A stretch of 64,000 nucleotides of DNA from Sphaerodactylus townsendi (Eukaryota), in assembly GCF_021028975.2 (NCBI RefSeq), contig NC_059427.1, forward strand, positions 16,554,001 through 16,618,000, written 5' to 3'. Each line of letters opens with the position of its first letter. Position 1 is the first letter of the stretch. A program made the translations under genes and the position numbers. Of this stretch, positions 50,731 through 63,065 are shown piece by piece. The notes beneath the pieces were generated by a model. It was not told the origin of the DNA. It searched no databases and was given only the letters and a program-made list of their open reading frames with translations.

Positions 50731-51686
50731 TATACAAGTATAGTGGCCTGTGCTTGCACTTTGTGCTGTTCTCCATTGGGTTGTTCTTGCTAGATACAGG
50801 GCAAATGTTTACTTGGGCCCCTTCCGCACGCGCAAAATAATGTGTTTTCAAACCGCTTTCACAACTGTTTGCAAGTGGATTTTGCCATTCTGCACAGCTT
50901 CAAAGAGCACTGAAAGCAGTTTCAAAGTGCATTATTCTGCATGTGCGGAATGAGCCTTGTATTCATTGGCAGACAATGGTTCACCATAAAAGCTCAGAAT
51001 GCCTGCTGAACAGCTTTGCCTTTTTTATAAAGAAAAACTGCATGTGTGAAGCCTTCCAGTGCAAACAAGTTGTTAGCTGTTACTGAAGTAGTTAACACAA
51101 AAGGTTAGGATGTTTTTAAGTACAACATTCATTATGACTGCTTCAACTAATTTGGGGCTGATTAAATGATCTAAGGCTGCATCTACACTGAGGTCTAATT
51201 TTCCCTGCATGAATCACCTGCCGGGCTACCAGCAGGAGTTTTGATTGGCTATTTATCATGAAGAACCATTTCACTATTGTGCAATAATATTATAATGCAC
51301 TGAAGAAACCCAATGAAAAGCCATCAGTGGTCAATGAGCAGATGAACATTCCATTGACAAATCATCTCTGGTTTTCCACTGGCAAACAGAATGTCAGCCC
51401 AGCCAAGAGGTCTCAGAGCATCCTTAATTCCCTATCTAAAACATAGACAAAATTTATGAATACTATGTATACTATGTATATTATTTATAGTACCTGTGCA
51501 CTTGGTGGAACATAGACCTCAATTTAACAGGCCTAGACTGAAATCACACTTCATAAATGAGAGTTGAACATAAAAAATTCACTGTCTCAATTAACCCAAA
51601 CTATTGCTTTGGTGTCAATTGTTCAAACTAGCTTTTCTTCCATAGTCATTCTGTTCCCAATTCATTATCCCTTACTTTTACAGAGG

Positions 51687-52975
51687 ATGAACAATGATGT
51701 ATCATGGAAACTTCATAACCAAAGCTACCCAGGAGCATTCATCTTATTGGGAATGGCTGATCACCCTCACTTGGAGCTGTTGCTCTTTGCAGTTGTCCTG
51801 ATCTGCTATGTAATGACCTTGCTTGGAAACACAGTCATCATTATAATGTCATGCCTGGATGCCCGTCTCAAAACCCCCATGTATTTCTTCCTCAACAACC
51901 TCTCCTTTCTTGACCTCTGTAGCACAACCAGTCTTGGTCCCCAGATGCTGGTGAATTTCTGGACAAAAAGGAAGACCATCAGCTATGCCGCTGTAAGGAA
52001 CCTCAAAAGGACTCGAAACAAAGCAACTGAGTTCAGTTCGTTTATTTCATAAACTTCGATGATCACAATACACGCAATGCGGATTCTGACCTTCCCAGAC
52101 TTAGCGTGTCGCTTTTATGGACACGGCGGCCCCCTCCCTGAACTCCCAAGCACAGTTCCCACAATAGAGCAAAAACAAGCTTCAAAGACACAAGCTGAAA
52201 TCATACATGATAAGCGTAGCAATGCAAAGGCAGTAACCATCCTGGGCGCACAGCCCAGATTGAGGAATGTGCCAAGGCCAGGATGGTGGAGTGGGAACAC
52301 ACATCAACCTCCACCCTTACAGCTGCCTGTGCAGTCCAGTTGTACGTCTCTCTTGGTCTGGGCTCAACAGAGTGTGTTCTTTTGGCCGCCATGGCTTATG
52401 ACCGCTATGCAGCGGTCTGCCAGCCTCTGCGCTACACCATCATCATGAGCCATTCCATATGTTTTAAAATGGCTGCTGTCTCCTGGGTGAGCGGCTTCGG
52501 CAACTCACTAGTGCAGTCCGCAATGACTCTGAGTCTCCCGTTTTGTGGACACAACAAAATTGATCATTTTTTCTGTGAAGTACCAGCACTGCTCAGACTG
52601 TCCTGTGTGGACACTTCCGTCAATGAGGCTGAGCTCTTAGGTTCTAGTGTGGTCATCCTCCTTATCCCTTTGATCCTCATCATAATATCATATTGCTACA
52701 TCACAACAGCTATACTGAGGATCCACTCAGTGGAAGGCAGGCACAAATCTTTCAACACCTGTGCTTCCCACTTCACTGTGGTATCTCTCTTCTATGGCTC
52801 AGGCATTTTTAGTTATCTCCAGCCCCCTTCTAACTACTCCCGTGACCAAGGCAAGATGATGTCTCTGTTCTATACCATGGTGGCTCCAGTGCTTAATCCT
52901 TTAATTTACACACTGAGGAACAGGGAATTCCACAGAGCTGTAAAAAGAGTACTGTGTAGGGAACCAGCAGCTTAA
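51687..52975 (+). pseudogene. Olfactory receptor disrupted by solo LTR (reconstructs to 317 aa)
   Basis: Both halves are open OR frames; removing 51992-52321 plus one TSD gives ...KTISYAACAVQLY... in frame. Confidence 0.93.
51992..52321 (-). mobile_element. Solo LTR (330 bp) inside OR CDS
   Basis: TGTAAGG...CCTTACA, 5-bp TSD GCCGC/GCTGC, AATAAA on minus at ~52041-52046. Confidence 0.9.
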
Positions 52976-53847
52976 TGAGGTGCTTCCAAAATTCATTTCT
53001 GGAAGGTCAGTAGTATCTCTTAACAAAGTTCTGGTAATTTTCTGTGGGGATGGCTGTTGCGTGGCGTCTTCTTATGGCCTTCAGAGTGGACTTTTCTCCG
53101 TAACACTGAGAAGAACTGGAAGAGAATTTTGACGGTTTGTTTTTCCTACTGAGTGGGACATAATTGGATAGCAGGTAGTCATACCAGCTGGAATATTTAG
53201 GATCAAGTATTTGTAGTGATGGACCATGCAAATGCATATAGATGCCCTTAGTGATATAAGGTGTTAGGAAAAGCCATAGAGAAATGATATATGGTGGAAG
53301 AATTAAATTTAGAAGTTGAATTTTGGTGGAAGGGTACTCAAAGGAGATAATTTGGAAGAACTGACCTGGAAGAGTTGACCAGTGACCTAGATGTGAAATC
53401 AAAGATTGCAGTATCACACCTCTACTGAGTTCCACCACCAGTCTCTACCCTCCCCAGACACTACCCACAAATTCCATGACTTTTTGAAACTGGAGTTGTG
53501 ATCCCTACCACACTTAGGTATAACACTTGAAAAGGGGAACAAATAGGGTTGCAAGTTGCCTGGTGCCAATGGTAGACTCCCACCCCACCCCATGCTGCTG
53601 CTTAACTGGATTGTGGGAGGAAATTCCTTAGTGAAATGGGAGAGGCCAATTGGCATCCCCAGTGTGATGAAATTGGTCGATTCCCCACGGTCAATTAATC
53701 ACGTAATACATGAAATATCAAGGTTTCAGCAAGAACTCCCCACTGTTTACCTGCCGATCACAGATTCATCCCGGTTCTGGTGCATGGTCTTCTTATCCCA
53801 CGTTTTTTCAGAATCTGCATTGAAGTGCACCTTTTCTCCCAATCACG

Positions 53848-54128
53848 GGTCGTTTCCCCACTTACCTCGACCATTCTTTGCTGCACACTACTCCCAGCGC
53901 CCATCAGAAATGACGTGCTCTTGGGCTTCCCCACGACCCCGCGTTCTGCGCGGGGTCATCAAAAGGCGCCGTTTTGAGGAGTGCCAGGAAAGACGCGCGC
54001 TGAGGGGGCGCGACAGCGGCAGTGTCGGGGCGGCTGCGTTGTTTCCGCCCCTGTAGTGGGGAGTGCCGGGGGACCCTGCGCTACTTGGGGAGAGTAGTGC
54101 GCAGCAGCAGGTAAGTGGGGAAACGACC
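53848..54128. mobile_element. Harbinger-like MITE nested in a related element (~53674-54350)
   Basis: TIR GGTCGTTTCCCCACTTACC, 3-bp TSD ACG. Confidence 0.8.
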
Positions 54129-54865
54129 ACGGTTTGAAGCCGGATCGGTGGGGAGAAACGGGACAGATGCGGCTTATTGTTCCTGCCCGTCGAACCTTCC
54201 AGCCAATCAGAGTGCAGTTGTGTTGCGCTGGGTGTGGAAACATAAATAAATGATTTTAATAAACTGTTTATGCTTGGCTCTGTTCGAACGTAAAAACGAG
54301 AAGAATAACATGAATTTTCAATCAGAGGCGGAGTTGTGTTCCCGCTCCAGCACAGGATTACTCTCACTGCAAAATTTGCTGCTTTCCCCTCCATTGTGAA
54401 AACAGTCTGCTTATTACTACCCTCCATTAGGGATGTGTAGTCAGACATTAACTGATCAAAAAGCAACCAAATACAAACCATCCTTTAATATCAGTATCAT
54501 GTAACTTCCTCTGTGTTCTTTACCTGGAAAAAACCACCTGTTTTTTATTTAAACCGCAGTCCAGAGAAAGACGAGTGCTAGGAGCTGTTTTAATATATTA
54601 GAAGGACGATGCCTTCTAAAAAAGTTCTAGTGATGTCCTGAAACACCTAATATATCATTTTCTTCTGATCTCACACTGTATTTCTCATTTGAGTTTGGAA
54701 TGACTCAGCACATATAGAACTGGCAAGGACGTTTACCAGTCAGCAGAGTTATGGGTCTAGGCAGCCAAGAGCATTGCTTAAGTATGCTGACTTTCCCAAA
54801 AGTTGGTGGCTAACTCAATGGCTTGGTGTTGGGGAAGAGGACTTTTGTTACAGTTTATATAAGTA

Positions 54866-55099
54866 CCGTGTTTCTCCGAAAATAAGACAGTGTCTTATAT
54901 TAATTTTTGCTCCCAAAGATGTGCTATGTCTTATCTTTCCGCTCCACAGCTGCATGCTCTGGTGTTCTGTTCGACGGGCATGCTTCCAAACAAAAACTTT
55001 GCTATGTCTTACTTTCGGGGGATGTTTTATATTTAGCACTTCAGCAAAACCTCTACTATGTCTTATTCTCAGGGGATGTCTTATTTTCGGAGAAACAGG
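54866..55099. mobile_element. TcMar MITE
   Basis: TA-CCGTGTTTCTCCGAAAATAAGAC...GTCTTATTTTCGGAGAAACAGG. Confidence 0.8.
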
Positions 55100-55684
55100 A
55101 TAGTGGCCTGTGTTTGCGCTTTGTGCAGTTCTCTATTGGGTTGTTCTTGCTAGACACAGGGCATATGTTTACTTGCATTCATTGGCAGGCAGTGGTGCAC
55201 ACTAAGAGCTCAGAATGCCTGCCTGACAGCTTTGCTTTTTTTAATACAAAAAGACGGTGCATGTGCAAAGCCTGCCAGTGCAAACAAGTTGTTAGCCATT
55301 AGTGAAGTAGTTAACAAAAGTTAAGGATTTTTTTAAATTCCCGCCCTTGTGGTCTTTTCCAACTCTATGATTTTAACATCTGTGTTTCCTTTGAAACTTC
55401 TCTTGTCCCTGACTACTTTTACAAATAAATAAAAGACTATCTTTAAATCACATCTTTTGAGCTTGGCTCGCATCCTTGCATTCTACTCAGTAAAATCTGA
55501 AGCCTTCCCCTAGCCAAAGAGCTACAATGGAAAAGCCACTTCAGTTAGCAAAGGTTTCCAAAGACTGGATGAACTTTCTGCAACCTGAGGGCTGTCCTAC
55601 ATGAAAACTTATTTTGCCTCTGCAAGAACACTTTACAAAGAATACGCTGTGCTGAACAACTAAGAGGTAACAATATTTTTGGTG

Positions 55685-56821
55685 AATTGGAGAAGAAATT
55701 AATATTAAAATTATAGATTATAAATTATAAATTATAATTATAGATTATAAATTATAAATTATAAATTATAATTATAAAATTATAATATAGAACACCGAAA
55801 CAGCTGGCATATATGATAAAGGGACTCAGCCCGAAATGTTGGCACTGTGGGGATAAAAATGCAATTTACATCCATATGTGGTTAGAATGTCCGGAGGTAA
55901 AACACCTGTGGGGAAATGTTATAATGTATATGGGAAAATATGTTAATGTAAAAATAAAGATAAATATAGATCTATTATTTATAGGCATACTGGATTATAC
56001 AATAATAGAACAAATAAAGAGAAAGCTATTTAAACTTATGATCAGAGCGGCCCATGCAGTAATAGCATTAGGATAGAACAGGGGTAGGGAACCTTTAACA
56101 CTCAAAGAGCCATTTGGACCCGTTTTCCATGGGAAAAGAAAACACTTGGAGCCGTAAATAATTTTTGACATTTAAAATGAAGATAACACTGTATATATTG
56201 GGTTTTTTTTTTACCTTTTACTCTGCTCATTCTGAGAAGGGCAAGGATGGAGCCAGCAGCTCGGCCTCGCCGGCCGCCGAGAAAGCGCCCACCCCGCTCC
56301 AACGGAGCAGGCGAGAGGGGAAGCCCACAGCGCGGCCCAGCCAGCTGCAGGCAGTTGGTGCACCCGCCCTGCTGCCTGCATGGCGGGCCAGCAGCTCAGC
56401 TCATGGAGCCGCAGTGCAAGGGCAGAAGAGCCGCATGCGGCTCTCGAGCCGCAGGCTCCCTACCCCTGGGATAGAAGGACAAAAGAATCTGGACAATACA
56501 GAAGAGGTTGGAATATATATGGGAACAAATACAATTGGAAATTTTTGATGTAATGTCAAGAAACTAAATATGGCAAGAAAAACAAAAAGATAGGAAGTGG
56601 ATTTGTACTGAATTCAAAGACTGGTGAAACGAACTTGGAATCACAGAAGAAAACTGTAAAAGAAGATTAGAAAGATTGGACCTGGTGCTGCACATTTAAA
56701 GAAGAAAAGAAGAAGGGGTGGGGGGGGGAAGGGGGTAAAAGGATATGGAGGATGAAATATAAAAATGTATAATATAAATCTGTAACAATCCAAAATATCA
56801 ATAATTTTTTTTAAAAAAACG
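55685..56821 (+). mobile_element. L1/Tx1-type LINE 3' fragment
   Basis: KCWHCGDKNAIYIHMWLECPEVKHLW CCHC motif; A-rich tail; approximate TSD AACAATATTTTTGGTG/AACAAAAATTTTGGTG; absent from unit A. Confidence 0.8.
56079..56468. mobile_element. hAT-Charlie-type MITE nested in L1
   Basis: CAGGGGTAGGGAACCT...AGGCTCCCTACCCCTG; TSD GGATAGAA. Confidence 0.88.
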
Positions 56822-59800
56822 AACAAAAATTTTGGTGGTTGTTGCTTTGAAAACTGTTGCAGCACTCCTTATTTTTCCTTGAAAGGATTAAGTCCTTTCT
56901 CACTCCTTTTCTGTTGATAATCATCCCTGCAAGTCATCCTCTTTTGACTTTGTAAAGGAAAAGGGGACCTTGGGAACTTGTTACAGGTCCCACAGTGCAG
57001 TGTGCAGTTGGCCCCTACTGACACCATCTCAGTTCCGGTTCCTTTGGCCTCCATGTCATTTTTCCAGACAATTTACTTGCAACATTCAGAAGCGGCTGGA
57101 CGGGAACAGCCCCCTCTTCATCCAAGACTTATTCTCATAAAAACTGCTCTTCTTGTCCCTCTGCCCTCCACTAAGCTCTCTATAGGGATATGCAGCAAGG
57201 TTGAAATGTTCAGCAATCTGTGAAGTATCATTGCGGGAGGCAGTCTGTGATGCTGGAGATGCTGGACTGAAGCAGACAGGACACCAAAAGAGGAACAGAT
57301 GGCAGAATTGGCTGATACCTCCTTCAGTTTCCCTATTTCTTCGATGTGATAAGCTCCGAAAGTTTGCCTCTTTCTGTCTTCTCCGTTTCCTATCACCTAT
57401 CCTATCCCCACTCGCTATCCCTTTTGATTAGAGCTCTCTATGTATTATCCTTTCCTTGTACAATATCAACATGTAAAGCGTAGACTTTTATTTCACTATG
57501 TTTGTTTAAACTGAAGCTACTTTCCTGTGCATTTTCGTGCTCAGTGGCTCCTAGGGCTCTGCTGCAAATCAGATTCACTCCTATTCTCTGTAACATAACC
57601 AGCCTTCCTTTTTTTCCCCATATTCTGTTCATGCTTCTGCCTCTCTCATTCTCTCTTTTCCATTCTATATCTTTCCCTATATCGTGACTGGAACTTGCTT
57701 ACTGTCTTCCACATTATAGAAAATATCTCTGCTTCCCTATTTCTTCCAACCGCAGTTCCACGCAAATTTTCACTTGCCAGATCTTCCCTTATTACAAGCT
57801 GTGGAACAAAACGTGTCTCCGTGGACCTTTTTGTGACTCCTCCTGGCATGGATGCAGCAGAGATGCCTTTCACCAGCACATACGAGGAGATCTGGAGGAA
57901 GAAGCATTGCCTGCTTTTATGAAAACCAGAAGAAGAGTTGGTCTTGATACCCTGCTTTTCTCTACCTTTCAGGAATTTGAAAACAGCGTGCGTCACCTTC
58001 GCTTCCCCACAACAGACACCTTGTGAGGTAGGTGGGGCTGAGAGAATTCTGAGAGAACTGTGACTAGCCCAAAATCATCTGTTAGCCTTCATGTGGAAGA
58101 ATGGGGAACAAACCCAGTTCTCAAGATTAGAGCCCCCCATTCTTAACCACAACACCACAATTGAGTTTGGGACGTGAAGCAACCAGAGAAAAGCAAGGGG
58201 CTTTAAACTCGAGAACAAGTATAAGTGATAGGATGAAGACAACAGCAATCTAGAATTTGACAGGCATTTTTCAAACTGTGTGAAGTAGCATTTGTATTGC
58301 TTCAGTAGTGTTTTGGTTTTTTTTTTTCTCTTCAGAATTTTGCAGATTAAACAGGAGTCCAGGATCACTTCATAGATGAGGCAAAATTTATTCCCGCATA
58401 AAGTCAAATGAACCTTGAGCTCACTTCTCCAGATGCATGGGACCTCTTAAAATTTAGAAATATTTGTTAAGAATCTTGGAAAAGAGAGACAGAATGTGGG
58501 GGGTGGAGGTTTATTAATCACCAATCCACATATTCTACTTTCCCTTCTTCTCTGGTCCCCCATAGTGGGCAATGCGGGGATTCGAATGACAGGTTCAAGG
58601 GTAGCTTAGGCTCACCTGACCAGCCCTTGCCAGCTCTGGTGAGTACTCTTGTCCTTCATTTTAGCCTCACAGTGACAGCTTTGTCAGACATGTGACCAGT
58701 AATTGGCCCAAGGTTACCCAGAAAGCTTCTCTGTCAGAGTAGGTATAACATATAGAATCACTTAGGCTTATAAAGTCAATAGAATGTTCAGAGCCTGAAG
58801 GCTTCATTTAGACCTCCACAGGATTGCCTGTGAAAGCTCCATAGCATTGTAAAGCTTGAGGACAGGGAGTTCAGGCGGGCGGGGGGTGGGGGGGGTGGGG
58901 TGGGGTGGGGGTGGGGGTGGGGATTCTGTTGTGAGAGTCAGGCTGAATAGTAGCTCCGGGGTAGTCTGTTCTATGGAAGCAGGGGGCCAGTTCAGAGTGA
59001 GCTGTGTTTCTCCGAAAAGTGCCAGGAAGGGCAGAGTTCTGTAAAGGAATTTGTACCAGAGTTCCTGGAGGTAAAAATAACATAGTTACATTGATTAATT
59101 ACGTCTATGGCTTGGTTATTTTTTTTTTCTCTGAGGAGAACCCCACTCAGATATGAAACAGTAAAGCTTCTGAAAGAAGGGGAGTTATAGAGAGAGGATT
59201 GGAGGTTCCTCAAGGAGACCTTCCTCTATGATAAGCACCGTGTGAGAGAGACACTCTGAGGGAGAGTTCTGCCTTAGCCTTAGTGGGCTGCAAAGAACTG
59301 TGTGCGTTTAGTACTTACCTGAGGGTAAAAAGTAAGACTTTTAGAAAAAGGGCTAGATATCCAAACAGAACTTTGTAACAACTACATTGAAGTCACAGAT
59401 TTATTTTGTCTAGTGTTAAAGTGGCAGTATCATCAGGAAGGCACAAAGATAGTGTCCTGTCTGTGATTTGTATCAATTGAAGAAGTTACTAAACAAAATC
59501 TTGCACAGAGTAGACTCTCTAAAACCAGCTTCCTTTGTACCTATACATTTTTTCATCCTTAATCCTTTGCTAGGTTTGCTCTTTTAAACTTGCTCTCGAA
59601 AAGAAAATCTTTCCATTTCTGGTTTCTACTTTACAAGTTTCTGGTGCTATTTCTATATTTAATTCATGACCGAAAGATGTTAGTTTTATACCAGAGATAT
59701 TGCTGTTCTTAACAGTTAAGTGCCCTGGAAGAGCAGATAAGATTATTTAGATGGCTTCTTTTGTTAATACAAATATGTGGTAAAACTGAAAGAGAAATAT

Positions 59801-60151
59801 AAACTGTTAAACATCTATTACAATTTTTATTCTGACAACAAAAAGTTGCTCAGCCAGCTGTTCTGTCAGTTAGAGATTTTGGAGGGAAAATTTTCCCTCA
59901 GGACACAGGCAGTTGGCAGAAGTTTGTGTGTGAGAGAGGTACACCTTTTTCTCTCTCTGAAGAGACTAGGAGGTGCCTAATTATGACAGGCACTTGAATC
60001 GGAGTCTCCTAAATCCTAGACTTTCCCTGACTACACTGTTCTGGCTCTCATCAAGCAAGCAAGATTAGTCCCACTGCAAAATTTGCTGCTTTCCACAGTT
60101 TGTGAAAACAGTCTGCTTATTCCTACCCTCTGTTAGGGATGTGCACTCAAA

Positions 60152-60986
60152 GGCTGTGATTTTGCATGCCAAAATTGCCCCTCTGTTTGCATGGGGAATG
60201 CCCCGATGCATTTGGGAGTTTTGATCAGCCCTTGGTGCTGCAGTATGGCAATGGTTTTGCTCTGCGAATTTCGTGAACTGCAAAGGTTGTAGTCCTTTGG
60301 AAGTGCCCCTTTGTTGCTCCGGAGGCTTCAACCGGCATGCAAAACTCCTCCGTAGCAGAAATAGGACCACTTTTCCCACCACACCATTCTGGCCTGTCTG
60401 ACCAATGGACAGGTGCTGAGAAGGGGTGCCCTCCCATCTCCACCTTGCAGTGAAAACAAAACAGTGGGAGAAACCTTAGTTTTTAAAAAGGAGGGATAAA
60501 CCTTGGGCAGAAAAGCAGCGTGTGCAGGTGCTGCGAGCAGGAGGGCTACACAGCTACACAGGAGAGCAAGGATTTTAGATTTATATTTTAGACAGAGGGG
60601 GCGGAGGACGGCGATCTTGTCGCACATGCGAGGATTTTCGATGGGGAGGGCGTGAGGGCGCCAATCCTCAGTGCCTGTTTTGTGTTCAGAGTCATGTAAA
60701 ACTATAATAGTGAAAGTGAGTGAGGGGAATCGGGAAAGATTCAGCCAATCCGAACGCAGGAAATAGAGGCTGCCCGCATATGCGTGAAAGAGACTATGGA
60801 AGAGCTCACAGTGTTTAAGTGGTTCTTATGGGAAAGCCCCGGGCTTGTGGGGAACCATTCAGGGCTTCCTGTACCAGCTTGACTTGAGCAAAGGAAGGAG
60901 CCGGGCAGCAGTGGGGAACTACAAGCAGGGTGAGAAGCTCTGCAGCAGGCTTAGCCACGGAGCACTTAGAAAGTGCAAAATCAGCC
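60152..60986. mobile_element. PIF/Harbinger-like non-autonomous element
   Basis: GGCTGTGATTTTGCA...TGCAAAATCAGCC ends, 3-bp TSD AAA; empty site in paralogs (~49350, ~54440). Confidence 0.75.
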
Positions 60987-62102
60987 AAACATTCACTGAT
61001 CAAAAAGCAACCAAATACAAACCATCTTTTAATATCAGTATCATGTAACCTCCTTGGTATTCTTTAGCTGAAAAAAAAGCCCCTGTTTATTTAAAATGTA
61101 GTCCAGAGAAAGAGGAGAGATACCATAATTAGCTAGGAGTAGTTTTAATATATTAAAGGATGATACCTTCCAAGAAAGTACTTGGGGGAACTCAGCAGGT
61201 GTAGAACTGTCTGGGACGTTTACCAGTCAGTAGAGTTATGGGTCGTGGCAGCCAAGAGAATTGCTTTAGTGTGCTAACTTTCCCAAATGTTGGTGGCTAA
61301 CAAACGGACTTGGGGTTGGGGAGAAGGACTTTTGTTATAGCTTATCTAAGCAAAGTGGCCCATTTTTGTGTGTTGCGCTGTTCTCTATTGGGTTGTTCTT
61401 GCTAGAAACAAGGCAAATGTTTACTTGGCTTCATTGGCAGGCAGTGGTGCACACTAAGAGCTCAGAATCCCTGCCTAACAGCTTTGCCTTTTTTTAATTA
61501 AAAAAACTGAGCATGTGCAAAGCCTGCCAGTGCAAACAAGTTGTTAGCCATTACTGAAGTAGTTAACACAAAAGGTTAGGATTTTTTTTTTAAGCACAAC
61601 ATGCATTATGACTGATTTAACTAATTTGGGAGGGATTAAATGATCTAAGGCTGCATCTACACTGAGGTCTGATTTTCCCTGCATGAAGCACCTGCCGTGC
61701 CACCAGCAGGAGTTTTGATTGGCTATTAATCATGAGGAACCATTGCACTATTGTGCAATAATATCCTAATGCACTAAAGAAACTCAATGAAAAATCAGTG
61801 GTCAATGAGCAGATGAACAGTCCATTGACAAATCATCTCCGGTTTTCCACTGGCAAAGAGTATGTCAGCCCAGCCAAGAGGTCTCAGAGCATTCTATGTT
61901 CTATTGCACTTGGTAGAATATAGACCTCAATTTTACAGGCCTAGACTGAAATCACACTTCATAAATGAGAGTTAATAGCTGAATATTAAAAAAACCACTG
62001 TCTCAATTAACCCAAGCTATTGCTTTGGTGTCAGTTGTTCAAACTAGCTTTTCTTCTGTATTCATTCTGTTCCCAATTCATTATCCCTTACTTTTACACA
62101 GG

Positions 62103-63065
62103 ATGATCAATGATGTATCATGGAAACACCGTAACGAAAGCTACCCAGCAGAATTCATCTTACTGGGAATGGCTAATCACCCTCACTTGGAGCTGTTGCT
62201 CTCTGCAGTAGTCTTGATTGGTTATGTAATGACCTTGCTTGGAAACACAACCATCGTTGTTGTGTCATGCCTAGATCCCCATCTCCAAACCCCCATGTAT
62301 TTCTTCCTCAGTAACCTTTCCTTTCTTGACCTCTGTTACACAACCAGTCTTGGTCCCCAAATGCTGGTGAATTTCTGGACAAAAAGAAAGACCATCAGCT
62401 ATGTCGCCTGTGCAGTCCAGTTGTACGTCTCTCTTGGTCTGGGCTCAACAGAGTGTGTTCTTTTGGCAGCCATGGCTTATGACCGCTATGCAGCATATCC
62501 TGGGCCAGCCCCTAAGCTACACCACACCATCATGAGCCATTCCGTGATGTTCCAAAATGGCTGGTTTCTCCTGGGTGGTTGGCTTCCAGCCAACTCACTA
62601 GTGCAGTCCGCAATGACTCTGAGTCTCCCATTGTGTGGACACAACAAAATTGATCATTTTTTCTGTGAAGTACCGACACTGCTCAGACTGTCCTGTGTGG
62701 ACACATCTGTCAATGAGGCTGAGCTCTTGGGTGCTAGTGTGGTCATCCTCCTTATCCCTCTGAGCCTCATCATAATATCGTATTTCTACATCACAAGAAA
62801 TATACTGAGGATCCGCTCAGTTGAAGGCAGGCGTAAGGCTTTCAACACCTGTGCTTCCCATGTCACTGTGGTGTCTCTCTTCTATGGCTCAGCCATTTTT
62901 AGTTATGTCCAGCCCCCTTCTAACTACTCCCGTGACCAAGGCAAGATGATGTCTCTGTTCTATACCATGGTGGCTCCAATGCTTAATCCTTTAATCTACA
63001 CACTGAGGAACAAGGAATTCCACAGAGCTGTGAAAAGAGTAATGGGTAGGGAACCAAGATCTTAG
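62103..63065 (+). CDS. Olfactory receptor (320 aa frame) with locally frameshifted TM3-TM4; functional status uncertain
   Basis: OR motifs at both ends, close paralog of 51687-52975; 62494-62592 reads YPGPAPKLHHTIMSHSVMFQNGWFLLGGWLPA instead of VCQPLRYTIIMSHSICFKMAAVSWVSGFG. Confidence 0.85.
   Translation: MINDVSWKHRNESYPAEFILLGMANHPHLELLLSAVVLIGYVMTLLGNTTIVVVSCLDPHLQTPMYFFLSNLSFLDLCYTTSLGPQMLVNFWTKRKTISYVACAVQLYVSLGLGSTECVLLAAMAYDRYAAYPGPAPKLHHTIMSHSVMFQNGWFLLGGWLPANSLVQSAMTLSLPLCGHNKIDHFFCEVPTLLRLSCVDTSVNEAELLGASVVILLIPLSLIIISYFYITRNILRIRSVEGRRKAFNTCASHVTVVSLFYGSAIFSYVQPPSNYSRDQGKMMSLFYTMVAPMLNPLIYTLRNKEFHRAVKRVMGREPRS

Larger units (their letters stand above)
44366..53025 (+). repeat. OR tandem segmental duplication unit A
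   Basis: Colinear homology with 53028-63117: 44366-45020~53028-53670; 46330-48600~55520-58820; 48820-49770~59780-61340; 50740-53025~61350-63117. Confidence 0.88.

Noticed and set aside
51564-51686. N-terminal extensions of OR ORFs (also 62025-62102)
   Set aside because: Non-ATG starts upstream of the splice acceptor; true ATGs are at 51687 and 62103
58829-59771. Unit-B-specific LTR-like insert with a G-rich (G4-capable) run at ~58876-58922
   Set aside because: Boundaries and TSD could not be established; a G run alone is not evidence of function
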